Shown here: positions 8,925 to 20,322 of the stretch, in pieces
Position numbering within the stretch: position 1 is the first letter of the stretch
Layout: every line of letters starts with the position of its first letter
Program-made: the position numbers and the translations under genes
Notes under the pieces: model-generated
What the model saw: only the letters and a program-made list of their open reading frames with translations
Database searches by the model: none
What the model was told of the DNA's origin: nothing
Origin: Nitrospirales bacterium
GTDB taxonomy: Bacteria > Nitrospirota > Nitrospiria > Nitrospirales > UBA8639
NCBI GenBank assembly: GCA_965223295.1
Contig: CBDCWC010000002.1
Location: 1,664,001 to 1,728,000, forward strand
Direction of reading: 5' to 3'
DNA length: 64,000 bases

Positions 8925-9416
8925 ATGGATCAGATAGTGAGTCCTTCTCAGTTACCTCATACGGAGCTGACACACCAACAATTTGAAATTTTTCGTATCC
9001 TATATCCCATTTTCAAAGAAGAAGTCTTCTCCCGGCGGGAACAAATGATACGCCTTACCGCGTTTTCTAGTACAGTGCTAATCGTGATATTGTTTACCCA
9101 AGCAACCATTATCCCTTGGCTTGCCCCAGACCCCTTCACGCCATGGCTGTTCACTGCGGGCATTATCTTGTTTTCTGGCGTATTTACCTTTTTCATACTC
9201 CAACATGCTAAACGTCATCAAATGGCGAAGCAACAGTTGATTACATTAGAGCAATCTCTTGGTCTCTATCACGACAAAGGGGAAACCAACGGAGACGCTC
9301 TCTTTCCACACAATTGGCAATACGACTGGACCACAGATCAAAGCGTCACGATTTACCTCGCAGCTCTCTCTATACTAACCATGCTCGTGATCATTGCAGT
9401 ACTTATTCAGACCTGA
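8925..9416 (+). CDS. Hypothetical membrane protein (3 predicted TM helices)
   Basis: Three hydrophobic segments; 4 bp after the hydrolase stop. Confidence 0.7.
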   Translation: MDQIVSPSQLPHTELTHQQFEIFRILYPIFKEEVFSRREQMIRLTAFSSTVLIVILFTQATIIPWLAPDPFTPWLFTAGIILFSGVFTFFILQHAKRHQMAKQQLITLEQSLGLYHDKGETNGDALFPHNWQYDWTTDQSVTIYLAALSILTMLVIIAVLIQT

Positions 9417-9472
9417 ATAATGAGCAGACCATTCATGAACCACGGCTTTCACACCAGCAATAGATCAAATCT

Positions 9473-9997
9473 ATGTTGAAACCCTACCGAGGCGTTAGCC
9501 CCATCATCGCAGCTAACACGTTCATTGAAGATTCAGCCATGGTCATTGGAGATGTGGTCATTGGCTCAGACTCAAGTGTCTGGTTTCACGCCGTCATTCG
9601 CGGAGATGTCCATTTCATTCGTATCGGACATCGGACCAACATCCAAGACCTGTCTCTTTTACATGTCACACACGATACCTATCCACTAACGTTAGGAGAT
9701 GATATTACTATTGGACATCATGTCGTCTTACATGGATGTACGATTCGTGATCGTGTACTCGTTGGTATGGGAGCGATCATCATGGACGGAGCGGTTGTGG
9801 AGGAAGACTGCATTATTGGAGCCGGAAGCTTGGTTACTGAGCGCACTCAAATTTCTTCCAAAAGCCTGGTGATTGGTTCTCCGGCCAAAGTCAAGCGCTC
9901 TCTGACTGAGGAAGAATTGCTCTGGATCAAAGAATCAGCCCTAAACTATACCCGCTATGCTCAGCACTACTTGGCAGACCAACAAGATAGCCCATGA
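9473..9997 (+). CDS. Gamma carbonic anhydrase family protein (YrdA/PaaY-like hexapeptide repeat)
   Basis: IGDVVIG, IRGDVH, TNIQD, TIGHHVVLHGC motifs. Confidence 0.93.
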   Translation: MLKPYRGVSPIIAANTFIEDSAMVIGDVVIGSDSSVWFHAVIRGDVHFIRIGHRTNIQDLSLLHVTHDTYPLTLGDDITIGHHVVLHGCTIRDRVLVGMGAIIMDGAVVEEDCIIGAGSLVTERTQISSKSLVIGSPAKVKRSLTEEELLWIKESALNYTRYAQHYLADQQDSP

Positions 9998-10056
9998 TTA
10001 GAACTTCGTGTTGTCATCAGTTGTCGAGTTCCTAACATCTACTCTGGTCTCATCTC

Positions 10057-10866
10057 TTGTCTGCTTCTCATAATCGCCATTCATCGTTCCCTCAACTCCC
10101 GCTAGTCATACTTGGATCCGGCTATACTGGCAGTCGGATTTACCGGAAGGCTGTACAAGCTGGTTGGGAGACATTTGCGACAAGCCGCAAACCCGACAGA
10201 CATCTGGGTGATCTCCCTCGCGCACATCGTATAGAATTTGACCTGTCTCAAAGCAGCACGTGGACGAGCATTCCCAATCCAGCCCATCTCCTTTGGTGTT
10301 TTCCTGCTGTCCCTTTTGACCTCGTTCAACAATTTATTTCGACACGCACCAACCCAACCTGCCGGCTAGTGGTCCTGGGAAGCACATCCGCCTATCTTCC
10401 AAATGGGCAGGAGGTCACAGAAGATACTTCAATCAATGACTATTTGCCGAGGGTGCAGACGGAAGAATATTTACGAACGAGCCATGGAGCCATCATTGTC
10501 CGGCTAGCTGGTCTCTACGGCCCGGGACGACATGTGTTGGATTGGATACGAAAAGGCAAGATCAAAAATACTCAGAAATGGGTCAACCTTCTTCACGTCG
10601 AAGACGCAGCCGCCATCTGTCTTCTGGCCCTTGAACGTGCAGACAAGGGAGATCTCTATGTTGCCAGCGACGGTCATCCACGAACCTGGAGAGAAATTTG
10701 CTCTGTTGCTTCAGAAAAATGGCAAATCCCGCTTCCTCCTCCTACAGCCCCTTCCAGCCCAGGGAAACGCATAGATATTCAGAAATTGCGCACAGAATTA
10801 CAGTACTCGTTTACCTTTCAGGATCTTTTTCAGGCCTTAGACCATATTGAGACTGCCTCACACTAG
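10057..10866 (+). CDS. NAD(P)-dependent epimerase/atypical SDR (YeeZ-like)
   Basis: ILGSGYTG, RLAGLYGPGR, NLLHVEDAA. Confidence 0.85.
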   Translation: MSASHNRHSSFPQLPLVILGSGYTGSRIYRKAVQAGWETFATSRKPDRHLGDLPRAHRIEFDLSQSSTWTSIPNPAHLLWCFPAVPFDLVQQFISTRTNPTCRLVVLGSTSAYLPNGQEVTEDTSINDYLPRVQTEEYLRTSHGAIIVRLAGLYGPGRHVLDWIRKGKIKNTQKWVNLLHVEDAAAICLLALERADKGDLYVASDGHPRTWREICSVASEKWQIPLPPPTAPSSPGKRIDIQKLRTELQYSFTFQDLFQALDHIETASH

Positions 10867-10874
10867 CAATGCGT

Positions 10875-12344
10875 TCATGACCGAAACAGTGCCGTAAGCG
10901 TTGCGACGACCAACCCATTATTGATGGCATGCGCGCACATCCCTGGGACGACACTCCCTGTGCGTTCATAGAGCCAGGCCCACAGCAGACCACTCCAAAA
11001 CACAGAAAGAAACGCCACAACGCCATATCCATGAGCCAAAGCAAATATGGCTGCACTCCCAACGACCGAAGCAGACACACTTAATTTCGCTCTCAATGTC
11101 GAATACAACATTCCCCGAAAAATAATCTCCTCAAAAATCGGTGCAAGCAGGACAATCTCAATAATCAATTTTAATACCTCCCCCTGACTTCCCCAGACTA
11201 GTTGTGGGAGAAACCACTCGGTCCAGTGCACAGACATCTGCCAAACCTTACCGCCAAGCATGATCACCCAATCTCCAAGTAACCCCAACGCCATCGCGCC
11301 TAATAAAAGCGGGAACGAAGACCTCACGGATTGGAACCCATTCTGACATCCCAACAGTTTTAACAACGATTGTTTTTTGGGTCGGCAGAGAAATACCACC
11401 GCCACAAAGACGGTCGGAAGATATAAAAAAAGTGACCCGTAGTGCTCTAACAACATCGGACCATTAGGCATGACAGCCATAAGAGCCACTATGCCAATTG
11501 ACAGAGCGCCTCCGCGAACCAACACGGACAGTCCTTCTCGAAAGGTCCATGACGATCCTGGTCGATCGATCGCTCTTGTTTCTGAAGCCCTCTGACTTCT
11601 GATTCCCACGCGTGCCACGTACACAAGACAGAGTAAGCCTATCCCCCCAATGCTCAATTCTAAGAGAATAAGTGTTCGCCATTTCCATAATGGTGGATCA
11701 GTAAATTGTTGAAATTGCCGTTGGAGATGCTCTCGCAACACCTGATCACCTGACTGCTCGGCTAATCGTTTGGCCACTTGAAAATAAAACCAATTGATGG
11801 GAACTTCTTCTGCTAATTGCGCTTGTAACAGATGAAAATCTGTGGCTTTTGTTTGTCCATGTTCAAAATACGCGGCTTCCAGGGCCGCACGAAAGATGGG
11901 AAAAGGTGGGCTGACAGAGTCCCAACGTGCAAACGACCTTGTCAGATCGGCATTCAATTCCGCTTCTCCGTCTAATATTCCGGCATACAACTCATCTAAT
12001 GGATACCGAAGTTCTGGTGGAACCTCACTGTACCATTGGCGAAATTGCTCTTGTGTCTCCCCCTCTGCTCCCCATAGAAGAAACATGGCTTGTTCAACTC
12101 CCGAAAGTTCAGGAATCCGTGACTCAATACTCAACAACCGACTCGCAAGCCGTTCTAAATCACGACTTGCTGTCGCGGATTCTTGCCGTTCTTCCGTAGA
12201 AGATACGCTCCACAGGAGGAAAGCAAACCCACACACACAAATTACACCGCAAAGAAAGGTCAAAACAGGAGAAAACTGGATTTCCTCAGATTTATCTCTT
12301 TCAAGACCCGTCGACCAATGAGAAGGTTCATGAGTTCCCGTCAT
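10875..12344 (-). CDS. CPBP (CAAX/Abi) intramembrane metalloprotease with large N-terminal soluble domain
   Basis: PIFEEIIFRG, FALAH and HAINN motifs in a hydrophobic C-terminal half. Confidence 0.9.
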   Translation of the reverse strand: MTGTHEPSHWSTGLERDKSEEIQFSPVLTFLCGVICVCGFAFLLWSVSSTEERQESATASRDLERLASRLLSIESRIPELSGVEQAMFLLWGAEGETQEQFRQWYSEVPPELRYPLDELYAGILDGEAELNADLTRSFARWDSVSPPFPIFRAALEAAYFEHGQTKATDFHLLQAQLAEEVPINWFYFQVAKRLAEQSGDQVLREHLQRQFQQFTDPPLWKWRTLILLELSIGGIGLLCLVYVARVGIRSQRASETRAIDRPGSSWTFREGLSVLVRGGALSIGIVALMAVMPNGPMLLEHYGSLFLYLPTVFVAVVFLCRPKKQSLLKLLGCQNGFQSVRSSFPLLLGAMALGLLGDWVIMLGGKVWQMSVHWTEWFLPQLVWGSQGEVLKLIIEIVLLAPIFEEIIFRGMLYSTLRAKLSVSASVVGSAAIFALAHGYGVVAFLSVFWSGLLWAWLYERTGSVVPGMCAHAINNGLVVATLTALFRS

Positions 12345-12440
12345 ACGCCGAAATTATTCTTGGTCATTCATCCTCCACCTTAAGACAATTCTTGTATACA
12401 ATATAGATAGTAACATTGATAACCATCTTGGAGGGCCCAT

Positions 12441-13928
12441 TTGGTGTGGAACTTTTTTAAACGTAATCGCAATGGTCATAGTGCAGCACAAGACATCGGT
12501 CCGTATTCAAATTATCGTATGGCTGTACGATTAGAACTTAATCAACGAACTGGAGTCTTTGCCCAACTGGCCAACGCCATGGCTGAAGAGAAAGCCAGTC
12601 TGGGCGCGGTGGATATTGTCTCCGCGACACGGACAAAAGTGATTCGAGACATTACCGTTGATGTTCAAAGCGAAGAACATGGCGAACGCGTCCTCAAGCG
12701 GCTAAACAGTCTGCCGGATATCAGCGTTGTTGCATCATCCGATCGCATTTTCTTGATGCATTTAGGCGGAAAAATTCGTGTCGAGAGTAAATTTCCTATC
12801 AAAACACGAAACACCCTCTCGATGGTGTATACGCCAGGTGTTGGGCGCGTGGTTAAAGCCATCGCCAAAGATGAGAAACAAGCCTATACCTTCACCAGTA
12901 AAAGCAATAGCATTGCCGTCGTCACGGATGGATCTGCGATCCTCGGCTTAGGCAATCTTGGGCCAATGGCAGCCCTTCCCGTTATGGAAGGCAAAGCGAT
13001 GCTATTTCAGCAATTTGCGGGGATCGATGCCTGGCCTTTGTGCCTAAACACACAAGATTCCGAAGAAATTATTCAGACGGTCTTGGCAATTGCTCCAACA
13101 TTTGGAGGCATTAACCTTGAAGATATTAGCGCGCCACGATGTTTCGAGATTGAACAACGACTACAGCATGAATTGGAGATCCCAGTCATGCATGATGACC
13201 AACATGGAACGGCGGTCGTTATCCTTGGCGCTCTCCTCAATGCCTTAAAAGTCATTCATCGCCCTATTCAGGAAATCACAGTCGTCGTCGTCGGGTTGGG
13301 CGCAGCAGGAATCGCCTGCTGTGAATTACTCTTGGGAGCCGGAATCACCAATCTACGGGGTTGCGACAAACTCGGTTGGGTCTTAGATCGCCCAATCACT
13401 GACCTGCAGACTCATCGTCATAATCTGCGTTCACTCATTCAATACGACAAACCAACAGGAACCCTCCAAGAGGCCCTACACGATGCGCATGTCGTGATCG
13501 GCCTTTCGACGGCCAACGTACTGAAACCTGAAAATCTTGCCGTCATGACGAAAGACCCTATCGTGTTTGCTCTCGCAAATCCCGACCCCGAAATTTCTCC
13601 AGAATTGGCGATTCCCTATTGTCGTGTCTATGCCAGCGGCCGATCTGATTACCCCAATCAGTGCAACAACCTTCTGTCCTTTCCGGGCATCTTTCGTGGG
13701 GCATTGGATGTTCAAGCCAAATCTGTCAACGAACCTATGCTGCTCGCCGCCGCCAAAGCCTTGTCAAAAATGGTTCCAGAATCGGCCTTGAGCGAGGAAT
13801 ATATCCTTCCAAGCGTCTTTGATAAACAAATTGTCCCAAAAGTGGCGAAAGCGGTGGCTCAGGCCGCAATCGAGAGTGGCATCGCCCGACGAACAAAAAA
13901 AGAAATCGAAGAGAGCAGAGAAGGGTGA
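12441..13928 (+). CDS. NAD-dependent malic enzyme with N-terminal ACT domain
   Basis: YTPGVG, VVTDGSAILGLG, NLEDISAP, HDDQHGTA, ALANPDPEI. Confidence 0.93.
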   Translation: MVWNFFKRNRNGHSAAQDIGPYSNYRMAVRLELNQRTGVFAQLANAMAEEKASLGAVDIVSATRTKVIRDITVDVQSEEHGERVLKRLNSLPDISVVASSDRIFLMHLGGKIRVESKFPIKTRNTLSMVYTPGVGRVVKAIAKDEKQAYTFTSKSNSIAVVTDGSAILGLGNLGPMAALPVMEGKAMLFQQFAGIDAWPLCLNTQDSEEIIQTVLAIAPTFGGINLEDISAPRCFEIEQRLQHELEIPVMHDDQHGTAVVILGALLNALKVIHRPIQEITVVVVGLGAAGIACCELLLGAGITNLRGCDKLGWVLDRPITDLQTHRHNLRSLIQYDKPTGTLQEALHDAHVVIGLSTANVLKPENLAVMTKDPIVFALANPDPEISPELAIPYCRVYASGRSDYPNQCNNLLSFPGIFRGALDVQAKSVNEPMLLAAAKALSKMVPESALSEEYILPSVFDKQIVPKVAKAVAQAAIESGIARRTKKEIEESREG

Positions 13929-13966
13929 GAGTCATCTCAATCCTACCAACGCTCAGATCCCATTAT

Positions 13967-14779
13967 TCAGGGATTAAACATTCCCCAAAGAAGAATTCCC
14001 ATGCCCAGAGGCCAAAGGTAGTAGGAAAATAGATAAAAATTATTATGGCGGACTAAGCGTAAGATCACCCCAATTGACCAATAGCCGACAAGAGCCGCCA
14101 CAGCCATCCCTAGGATAAACACTCCAATCGATTCATGGGTTTGGCCAAAGACTTTCAGCAATTCCAACAACGTTGCCCCCACAATTGCCGGAATAGAAAT
14201 CAACAACGAAAATCGTGCAGCCAGCTCTCGGTCTAGTCCCAAAAACATGCCTCCCGCAATAGTTGAACCCGATCGCGAAATACCAGGAAATACCGCAGCA
14301 CCTTGAATCACTCCAATGATAAGCGCATCCCATGGCTTCATTTCCTTAGCCGAACGACCTGAGGTTTCCCCCCGAGCCAGCCAGAGGATCACACCGGTCG
14401 TTAAAAACATCACAGCCACAAGTGACGGCCTGGCCAATGTTGAAAACCCAATAGATTCGACCCCTAGTCCGATCATGGCCGTCGGCACCGAAGCGAAGAG
14501 CACATTGTGGATCGTCTGGCGTTCGCACCCCTGAAACATACTCCCCTGTTCAGTGGGTAGTCCGACGTACCCCTTCACAAGCGTGAGAAGGTCATGCCAA
14601 AAATACAACAGAATCGCGGTGACCGTTGCCATATGCAGCATGACATCATAGAGTAAATTTTTCTCGCTGAATTGCCCAAACCAATGCTGCGCCATCACTA
14701 AATGGCCAGAAGAAGAGACGGGAAGAAATTCAGTGAGCCCTTGTATGACCGCTAACACAATCGCTTCGATATAGCTCAT
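13967..14779 (-). CDS. uppP: Undecaprenyl-diphosphate phosphatase
   Basis: QGLTEFLPVSSSGHL and PGISRSGSTI motifs. Confidence 0.96.
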   Translation of the reverse strand: MSYIEAIVLAVIQGLTEFLPVSSSGHLVMAQHWFGQFSEKNLLYDVMLHMATVTAILLYFWHDLLTLVKGYVGLPTEQGSMFQGCERQTIHNVLFASVPTAMIGLGVESIGFSTLARPSLVAVMFLTTGVILWLARGETSGRSAKEMKPWDALIIGVIQGAAVFPGISRSGSTIAGGMFLGLDRELAARFSLLISIPAIVGATLLELLKVFGQTHESIGVFILGMAVAALVGYWSIGVILRLVRHNNFYLFSYYLWPLGMGILLWGMFNP

Positions 14780-14829
14780 AGATTAGAGACATATCCATTT
14801 CTTCATGTTCCTAAAAGGAGTGGCGTGGA

Positions 14830-15675
14830 TCACAGATTGGCTTTTTTCCATTGAACGGCGAACTCTTGAACGCCTTTCTCCCAGGGCGGCAACGTTACGC
14901 GAGGGTCCTGCAGGGAGGTCAGAACCGCATTGGAAGGGCGAGGAGCTGGCAGAGGATACTCAGATGAAGGAATAGGCTGAACAGGTGTATTGATCTCACA
15001 AGCCTGATAGAGGACTTTCGTAAACTCACACCAACTGGTCCCGCCAGCCCCCGCCAGGTGATAGGTCCCATAGGCCTGCGTCTCCACTAACCGAGCCACA
15101 GCTTGCGATAAATGCGGGGCAAAGGTTGGAGATCCAAATTGATCGTCAACAACTCGAACCTGATCTTTGTGAGCTAACCGACAAATCGTCAGAGGAAAGT
15201 TTTTTCCGACAACATGATACAGCCACGCCGTTCGAATAATAAAATGCGCAGGATTCCCTTTCTGCACTTCTTCTTCTCCAGCCAATTTACTGGAGCCATA
15301 AACCGACAGGGGGTTAGGGCGATCAAATTCGTGATAGGGACGAGTTTGCTGTCCATCAAAAACATAATCGGTCGAGAAATGCACGAGCGGAATATTCATG
15401 TCCCTGGTAGCCAGTGCCAGATTTCGTGGTCCCAAAGCATTCCCGCGAAATGCAGCATCCTGATGAGTTTCTGCCTGGTCAACTTGCGTGAACGCTGCGG
15501 CATTTATCACGAGATCTGGCTGAAGCTGTTTGATCGCTTTTCTAACCGATTCGAATTGACTAATATCCAGATCCTGAATATCCCAGGCCATCACCTCGCA
15601 ATCCGCAAACTGCGCTTGTAGCGCCTGTCCTAATTGTCCTTGTCCCCCCGTGATGAACAGCTTGTGAAACTTCAT
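14830..15675 (-). CDS. rfbD: dTDP-4-dehydrorhamnose reductase
   Basis: GGQGQLG, STDYVFDG, YGSSKLAGE; in the rfbBACD cluster. Confidence 0.95.
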   Translation of the reverse strand: MKFHKLFITGGQGQLGQALQAQFADCEVMAWDIQDLDISQFESVRKAIKQLQPDLVINAAAFTQVDQAETHQDAAFRGNALGPRNLALATRDMNIPLVHFSTDYVFDGQQTRPYHEFDRPNPLSVYGSSKLAGEEEVQKGNPAHFIIRTAWLYHVVGKNFPLTICRLAHKDQVRVVDDQFGSPTFAPHLSQAVARLVETQAYGTYHLAGAGGTSWCEFTKVLYQACEINTPVQPIPSSEYPLPAPRPSNAVLTSLQDPRVTLPPWEKGVQEFAVQWKKANL

Positions 15676-16226
15676 ATCTGATAGTCAGGAAGCGTATCCC
15701 ACAAAGCGTGCATGGAAGCTCCAGCAGCGTCTTTCGGTGAGAGAATTGGAGAGTCATTGGGCCATTGAATGCCGACTTGTTTGTCATTCCAGGCCAGCGT
15801 AATTTCATCTCCGGGTGTGTAGATATCCGTACATTTATACTCTACCTCGGCTATATCTGACAGGACATAAAACCCATGGGCAAAGCCAGGAGGAATATAA
15901 ATTTGCTTAAAATTTTCTGCGGTCAACAAGACATGTTCCCAAGCCGCAAACGTGGGTGAACCCCGGCGAATATCCACCGCCACATCAAAAATTTCTCCCT
16001 TTGTCACTCGCACCAATTTGCCTTGCGGTCTAGAGATCTGTGCATGCAGCCCACGGAGTGCCCCACAAACTGATGAAGAACAATTATCTTGCACAAATGA
16101 TAAGGGAATACCTCCATCACGATACTTTTCTGCATGAAATGTTTCCACAAACCATCCACGCTCATCGCGATAGACATCTGGTTCGATAACCAGTACTCCT
16201 GGTAACTGGGTTGTAAGAAATTTCAT
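15672..16226 (-). CDS. rfbC: dTDP-4-dehydrorhamnose 3,5-epimerase
   Basis: [29 protein letters not shown]. Confidence 0.96.
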   Translation of the reverse strand: MKFLTTQLPGVLVIEPDVYRDERGWFVETFHAEKYRDGGIPLSFVQDNCSSSVCGALRGLHAQISRPQGKLVRVTKGEIFDVAVDIRRGSPTFAAWEHVLLTAENFKQIYIPPGFAHGFYVLSDIAEVEYKCTDIYTPGDEITLAWNDKQVGIQWPNDSPILSPKDAAGASMHALWDTLPDYQI

Positions 16227-17113
16227 ACCGAGGTACGCCTTGGGCTATCCACTAGATCAAGCAAATACTGCCCATACCCGTTATCTTTCATACCTATCGC
16301 AAGTCTCACTACATCCTCTGCCTGTATATATCCCATGGAATAGGCAATCTCCTCCGGACAAGACACCATCAATCCTTGACGCTCTTGCAACACTTGAATA
16401 TATTGTGCAGCTTGCATGAGGGACTCATGTGTCCCGGTATCCAACCAGGCAATCCCTCGACTCAACACTTGCACTTGAAGTGATTGAGACTCTAAATAGG
16501 TTCGATTCACATCAGTAATTTCTAGTTCACCTCTAGCTGATGGCTGAAGTGATTCAGCAATGGACACGACGCAATTGTCATAAAAATACAGCCCAGTCAC
16601 CGCAAAAGACGATTGAGGGTATTTCGGCTTTTCCTCCAAACTCGTGGCCTGCCCTTGAGCATTAAAGGTCACCACCCCATACCGTTCCGGATCACGAACT
16701 TGATAGGCAAAGACTTGCGCACCCTGTGCCTGCTCGGCTGCTTTTTGCAAATACCCGGAGAGGCCATGACCATAAAAGATATTATCCCCCAGAATGAGAG
16801 CCACGCGATCTTGTCCAATAAATTTTCGTCCAATAAGAAAAGCCTGAGCAATCCCTTCCGGACGTGCCTGTGCGGCATATTCAATGTGTAACCCCAGATG
16901 GCTTCCATTCCCCAGCAATCGGACAAAACCATCTTGTTCATGCGGCGTGGTAATAATTAACACATCCTGGATGCCCGACAGCATGAGCGTAGACAGAGGA
17001 TAATAGATCATCGGTTTGTCAAAAACCGGCATGAGTTGCTTACTCACAGCATGGGTGAGAGGGTAAAGTCTTGTCCCGGACCCTCCAGCAAGGATAATCC
17101 CCTTCAGACGCAT
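16223..17113 (-). CDS. rfbA: Glucose-1-phosphate thymidylyltransferase
   Basis: [30 protein letters not shown]. Confidence 0.97.
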   Translation of the reverse strand: MRLKGIILAGGSGTRLYPLTHAVSKQLMPVFDKPMIYYPLSTLMLSGIQDVLIITTPHEQDGFVRLLGNGSHLGLHIEYAAQARPEGIAQAFLIGRKFIGQDRVALILGDNIFYGHGLSGYLQKAAEQAQGAQVFAYQVRDPERYGVVTFNAQGQATSLEEKPKYPQSSFAVTGLYFYDNCVVSIAESLQPSARGELEITDVNRTYLESQSLQVQVLSRGIAWLDTGTHESLMQAAQYIQVLQERQGLMVSCPEEIAYSMGYIQAEDVVRLAIGMKDNGYGQYLLDLVDSPRRTSV

Positions 17114-17182
17114 AAACAGAAAATCCCTCTATTACTTTCTTGTTGTTGATAGTCCAATAGGCGATAAGGATGGATGAAAAGG

Positions 17183-18268
17183 TCAGGCATGAAGTCCAAG
17201 ACGTTCACGTTGATAGGTCTGATGCGTAACAGCTTCACACCATGGACGATTGTCAAGATACCATTGAATGGTTTTTCGTAACCCAACCTCAAACGTATGA
17301 CAGGGCTCCCATCCCACAGTCGATCGGATTTTCGTTGGATCTATAGCATAACGAAAATCATGTCCAGGCCGATCCGTCACAAATGTCTTGAGATCTGCAT
17401 AATGTTGTATTCCACGATTCACAAAGGCAGGATTCGATTCACAAGGAACCAACTCATCCAAAATATGGCAAATCGCTTCAACGACTTCCACGTTTGAACG
17501 TTCCGACTGACCTCCGAGATTATACTTCTCTCCCGACCTACCATTCTTCAGTACTTGCAAAATCCCTTCGCAATGATCTTCCACAAACAACCAGTCACGA
17601 GAATGCTGTCCGTTCCCATAAATAGGAAGCGGCTTGCCTTCTAAAGCCGTCAAGACCATGAGAGGAACGAGTTTTTCAGGGAATTGATATGGCCCATAAT
17701 TATTGGAACAATTCGTGATAATGGTCGGAAGATCATAGGTATGAAAATACGCACGAACGAGATGATCGGCACTGGCCTTTGATGCAGAATAAGGAGAATT
17801 TGGGGCATAAGGCGTTTCTTCCGTAAATAATCCTGTGGGCCCCAAAGTTCCATAGACTTCATCAGTTGAGACATGCAGAAACCGAAAACATCTAGCTTGG
17901 TCTAACTCTACTGTTTTTAGATACCGCCGAACCGTCTCGAGGAGTACTAATGTCCCAGTCACATTCGTTTGGATGAAGGGAAAAGGATCATCAATTGAAC
18001 GATCCACATGTGATTCCGCTGCAAAATTGACGACCCAACGTGGCTGATACTTTTCAACAACCTTGGACATTTCCGTTTCATCTGCAATGTCTGCCTGAAT
18101 AAACTGCAAACGAGAATTTTCCCAGAGATCCTCCAAATTTTCCCGATGACCGGCATAGGTCAATTTATCCACCACGACAAGACGTGAGTCAGTCTTAGCC
18201 ATCGCCATATGAACAAAGTTGGCGCCAATAAAGCCTGCGCCACCTGTCACCATCATTGTATCCATCAT
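17183..18268 (-). CDS. rfbB: dTDP-glucose 4,6-dehydratase
   Basis: GGAGFIG, FAAESHVDRSI, HVSTDEVYG, YSASK, DRPGHD. Confidence 0.97.
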   Translation of the reverse strand: MMDTMMVTGGAGFIGANFVHMAMAKTDSRLVVVDKLTYAGHRENLEDLWENSRLQFIQADIADETEMSKVVEKYQPRWVVNFAAESHVDRSIDDPFPFIQTNVTGTLVLLETVRRYLKTVELDQARCFRFLHVSTDEVYGTLGPTGLFTEETPYAPNSPYSASKASADHLVRAYFHTYDLPTIITNCSNNYGPYQFPEKLVPLMVLTALEGKPLPIYGNGQHSRDWLFVEDHCEGILQVLKNGRSGEKYNLGGQSERSNVEVVEAICHILDELVPCESNPAFVNRGIQHYADLKTFVTDRPGHDFRYAIDPTKIRSTVGWEPCHTFEVGLRKTIQWYLDNRPWCEAVTHQTYQRERLGLHA

Positions 18269-18361
18269 AAAAGTATTGTGAAGGAGAAACGAGAAGCCGA
18301 GAACGTTCGTGGGCTATCGAATGAGTATCACAAAAGTGACACCCAAACTTTCACAGCAAGA

Positions 18362-20191
18362 TTATTCCACCGTTACACTTTTGGCCAGATTTCTCGGTCG
18401 ATCAACATCCAACCCACGCTGGACGGCAATATGGTAGGCTAACAGCTGTAACCCAACAGTAAAAAGAATGGGGGTTAGCAAGGGATGCGCCTCCGGGATA
18501 GCAAACACATGATCAGCAACATGATCCAAGGCATGGTCTCCTTCAGAAACAAACGCAATCACCGGAGCATTTCTTGCCCGCACTTCCATAAGATTACTGA
18601 CAGATTTTTCATACAAGCGATCTTTCGGTGACAACACGACCACTGGCATATCACTATCAATTAACGCAATAGGACCATGTTTCATCTCTCCAGCCGCATA
18701 GCCTTCTGCGTGAATATAGGAAATTTCTTTAAGTTTCAGAGCTCCTTCCAATGCAATGGGATAATTAATCCCGCGGCCCAAGTACAGAAAATTTCGTTTA
18801 TCAGCATACTTTTTTGCAATCTCTGCAATCGTATTTTCTTGTTTTAAAATATGTTCGACATGCCCAGGAAGCATGAGAAAATGGTCTAGCCACCACCGGC
18901 CTTCTTCCGGACTCAACACATCGTGAACTCTTCCAACATGCAATGCTAACAAATACAATGCAACAACTTGTCCTGTAAAGGCTTTTGTTGAGGCCACGCT
19001 AATTTCTGGTCCACAACGCGTATAGATCACTCCGTCTGCTTCCCGCGCCAAGGTACTACCAACAGCATTCACAATTGATAACACCTTCGCGCCACGTCGT
19101 TTGGCTTCGCGGGCCGCCGCTAACGTATCGGCTGTTTCACCAGACTGCGAGATGGCAATAAATAAATCATCGGCTTGAATCATCGGCTCGCGGTAGCGAA
19201 ACTCCGAACCAATGTCTACCTGAATTGGTCGCCGAACCATTTCCTCAAAAAGATATTTCCCGACCAATCCCGAATGCCAGGACGTTCCGCAGGCCACAAT
19301 CCAAAATCGTCTGGCGTTTAAGAGTTCTTCATTCGTCATGGACAAATCCGGAAGATCGGCTTCGCCTGACTCGTAATGGAACCGGCCTCGCAACGTATCC
19401 ATAATGACTTGAGGCTGTTCATGAATTTCCTTCATCATAAAATCAGGATATCCGCCCTTTTCAGCAGCTTCGGCATCCCAATGAATGGTTTCAGTTGGAA
19501 TGGTTTTTGGCTGCCCTTCTCGATCAAGAACGTTGACTCCCGATTCCTCCAATATGCCGACATCGCCATCTTCCAAAAACACCACTTCCCGAGTATGGGC
19601 TAACAGTGGAGTCACATCAGAGGCTAAAAATGCCCCTTTCCCATTGACGCCAATAACGAGAGGGCATCCAGAACGGCTCACCACGATCCGTCCGGGTTCC
19701 GCCAAAGACATCGCCGCAATGGCGTAACTTCCATGGAGATCATGTGCCACCTGGCGAATAGCTTCATCCAAACGTTTTCCCCTCTTCATCACAGAAGACA
19801 ACAAATGGGCAATAACTTCAGTATCGGTTTCTGATTCAAAACGATGTCCTTCTGATTCCAAGCGATGACGTAGGACGAGAAAATTTTCGATAATGCCATT
19901 ATGAACCAACACCACATCGCCCGAACGATGGGGATGGGCATTCTGCTCAGAAGGCCTTCCATGCGTTGCCCAACGAGTATGTCCAATGCCCGTTCTGCCT
20001 TCAACTGCCCTGCTCTGGATATTCGCTTCCAAATTCGTGAGCTTTCCTGCGCTACGCCGAATATCAAGTTCTCCATGATGCTGGAGAGCGATACCAGCGG
20101 AGTCATAGCCCCGATATTCCAGTCGTTGCAACCCTGACAACAAGATGGGGGCTGCCGATTCCCGCCCGACATATCCAATAATTCCACACAT
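18362..20191 (-). CDS. glmS: Glutamine--fructose-6-phosphate aminotransferase
   Basis: N-terminal MCGI, LEYRGYDSAG, GHTRWATHG, C-terminal PRNLAKSVTVE. Confidence 0.98.
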   Translation of the reverse strand: MCGIIGYVGRESAAPILLSGLQRLEYRGYDSAGIALQHHGELDIRRSAGKLTNLEANIQSRAVEGRTGIGHTRWATHGRPSEQNAHPHRSGDVVLVHNGIIENFLVLRHRLESEGHRFESETDTEVIAHLLSSVMKRGKRLDEAIRQVAHDLHGSYAIAAMSLAEPGRIVVSRSGCPLVIGVNGKGAFLASDVTPLLAHTREVVFLEDGDVGILEESGVNVLDREGQPKTIPTETIHWDAEAAEKGGYPDFMMKEIHEQPQVIMDTLRGRFHYESGEADLPDLSMTNEELLNARRFWIVACGTSWHSGLVGKYLFEEMVRRPIQVDIGSEFRYREPMIQADDLFIAISQSGETADTLAAAREAKRRGAKVLSIVNAVGSTLAREADGVIYTRCGPEISVASTKAFTGQVVALYLLALHVGRVHDVLSPEEGRWWLDHFLMLPGHVEHILKQENTIAEIAKKYADKRNFLYLGRGINYPIALEGALKLKEISYIHAEGYAAGEMKHGPIALIDSDMPVVVLSPKDRLYEKSVSNLMEVRARNAPVIAFVSEGDHALDHVADHVFAIPEAHPLLTPILFTVGLQLLAYHIAVQRGLDVDRPRNLAKSVTVE

Positions 20192-20322
20192 AACCAGAGA
20201 TTCCTTATGGCTTCAATTTATTGAACGTTATATAAAGATAGATGACATTTCGGTGAGTTTAAGAAAAAACTTAACGCAACATGGAGCCTTCCCTAGCTCC
20301 TGCCAAGAAGAAAAAAAAGAAG

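Noticed and set aside
10875-12344. Abortive-infection defence system (CPBP/Abi name)
   Set aside because: CPBP proteases are widespread; the context is housekeeping with no defence genes
20192-20322. glmS ribozyme upstream of glmS
   Set aside because: Short AT-rich spacer with no recognisable ribozyme core
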